Assembly: GCF_009914755.1 (NCBI RefSeq) | Contig: NC_060934.1 | Source of the DNA: the human T2T-CHM13v2.0 reference genome, Homo sapiens | Length of the DNA stretch: 64,000 nt | Direction: 5' to 3' (one strand) | Shown here: positions 63,294-64,000 of the stretch, in pieces | Position numbering within the stretch: position 1 is the stretch's first letter | How the letters are laid out: each line of letters begins with the position of its first letter | Program-made: the position numbers and the translations under genes | Notes under the pieces: generated by a model | What the model was told of the DNA's origin: nothing | Databases searched by the model: none | What the model saw: only the letters and a program-made list of their open reading frames with translations

Positions 63294-64000
63294 GAGAGTA
63301 CATTTTAGAAGGAGCAAGGTGAAGAGAGGGATCAAGACAAAGAAAATCAAGGCCTACTTGAGAAGCAGATTGTTATTGAAAGGCATTGAAAAGGAGTGTT
63401 GAAAAGGTTCACTTTTGGAAGAATTTGAAAGCCAGACTAAGCAGTTTGAATTTTATTATGCAGGCAGTAGCTAATCATTGAACCTTTTTGAGCAGGGGAG
63501 AACTATTAAGAATTTTGTATATAAATCTGAAAGCTGATTCAAACATTGGTACAGTTTAAAATTTTCTAATATATCCTTCAATTGGGGCCAGACTGAGGGT
63601 TTATCTTTTGTACTGCCATATATTATGATGTGTTAGAAGTGTGGTAAAAAGTAATGATTTTTAAAATATATAAATTAGATATATTTAGATGTGTTTGATT
63701 ACATTAAAAGGAACCTGTTTCCTTTCAGAATCCTCGGATGACATTTGGAGTGGGTTAAGATATGTCTTTATTTCAATAACAGTGCCATATATAATAGTTC
63801 AGATCAGCTAGTATTTTTTGAGTACTTACCATCAAGTTGTTTGCTAGATGGTAAAGATAGAACAGTAAAAAAGACCTGACCTTAATTTTCAGTCTCTTTT
63901 TCTTTCTAATCTTTAAACATTGGAATGCTCCAGTATTTGGTCCTGTTGCTTCCTTTCCTTAACTTAATATGATCTTATCTAGTTCTAAAGCTTTAAATTC

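Overview
Primate (almost certainly human) genomic DNA. A CpG-island promoter at about 850-2600 carries the first exons of a + strand gene that I identify as LCOR (ligand-dependent corepressor / PALI1 locus). The identification rests on exon 1, which encodes a close match to the recalled N-terminus of the paralog LCORL but lacks its poly-Ala leader. The remaining ~61 kb is one repeat-dense intron: about 70 Alus (roughly 3:1 antisense), L1/L2/MIR, MaLR and MER21 LTRs, and Tigger/Charlie DNA transposons. No downstream coding exon lies in the window. The main result is a hidden frame-switch in what I recall being annotated as 5' UTR. Exon 1a (ATG 1216, phase-1 donor) encodes a conserved Cys/Trp/His module. 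Exon 1b (ATG 1955, phase-2 donor) encodes a different N-terminus. The 74-nt exon 2 has only one open frame, so it acts as a stop cassette after exon 1a but as a coding adaptor after exon 1b, and both productive routes leave in phase 1. Deep in the intron there is also an 86-nt candidate cryptic poison exon (42363-42448) next to a (UG)26 tract, the typical layout of a TDP-43-repressed exon. Repeat boundaries and subfamily names were read by eye and are approximate. Protein homologies are from memory and need a database check.
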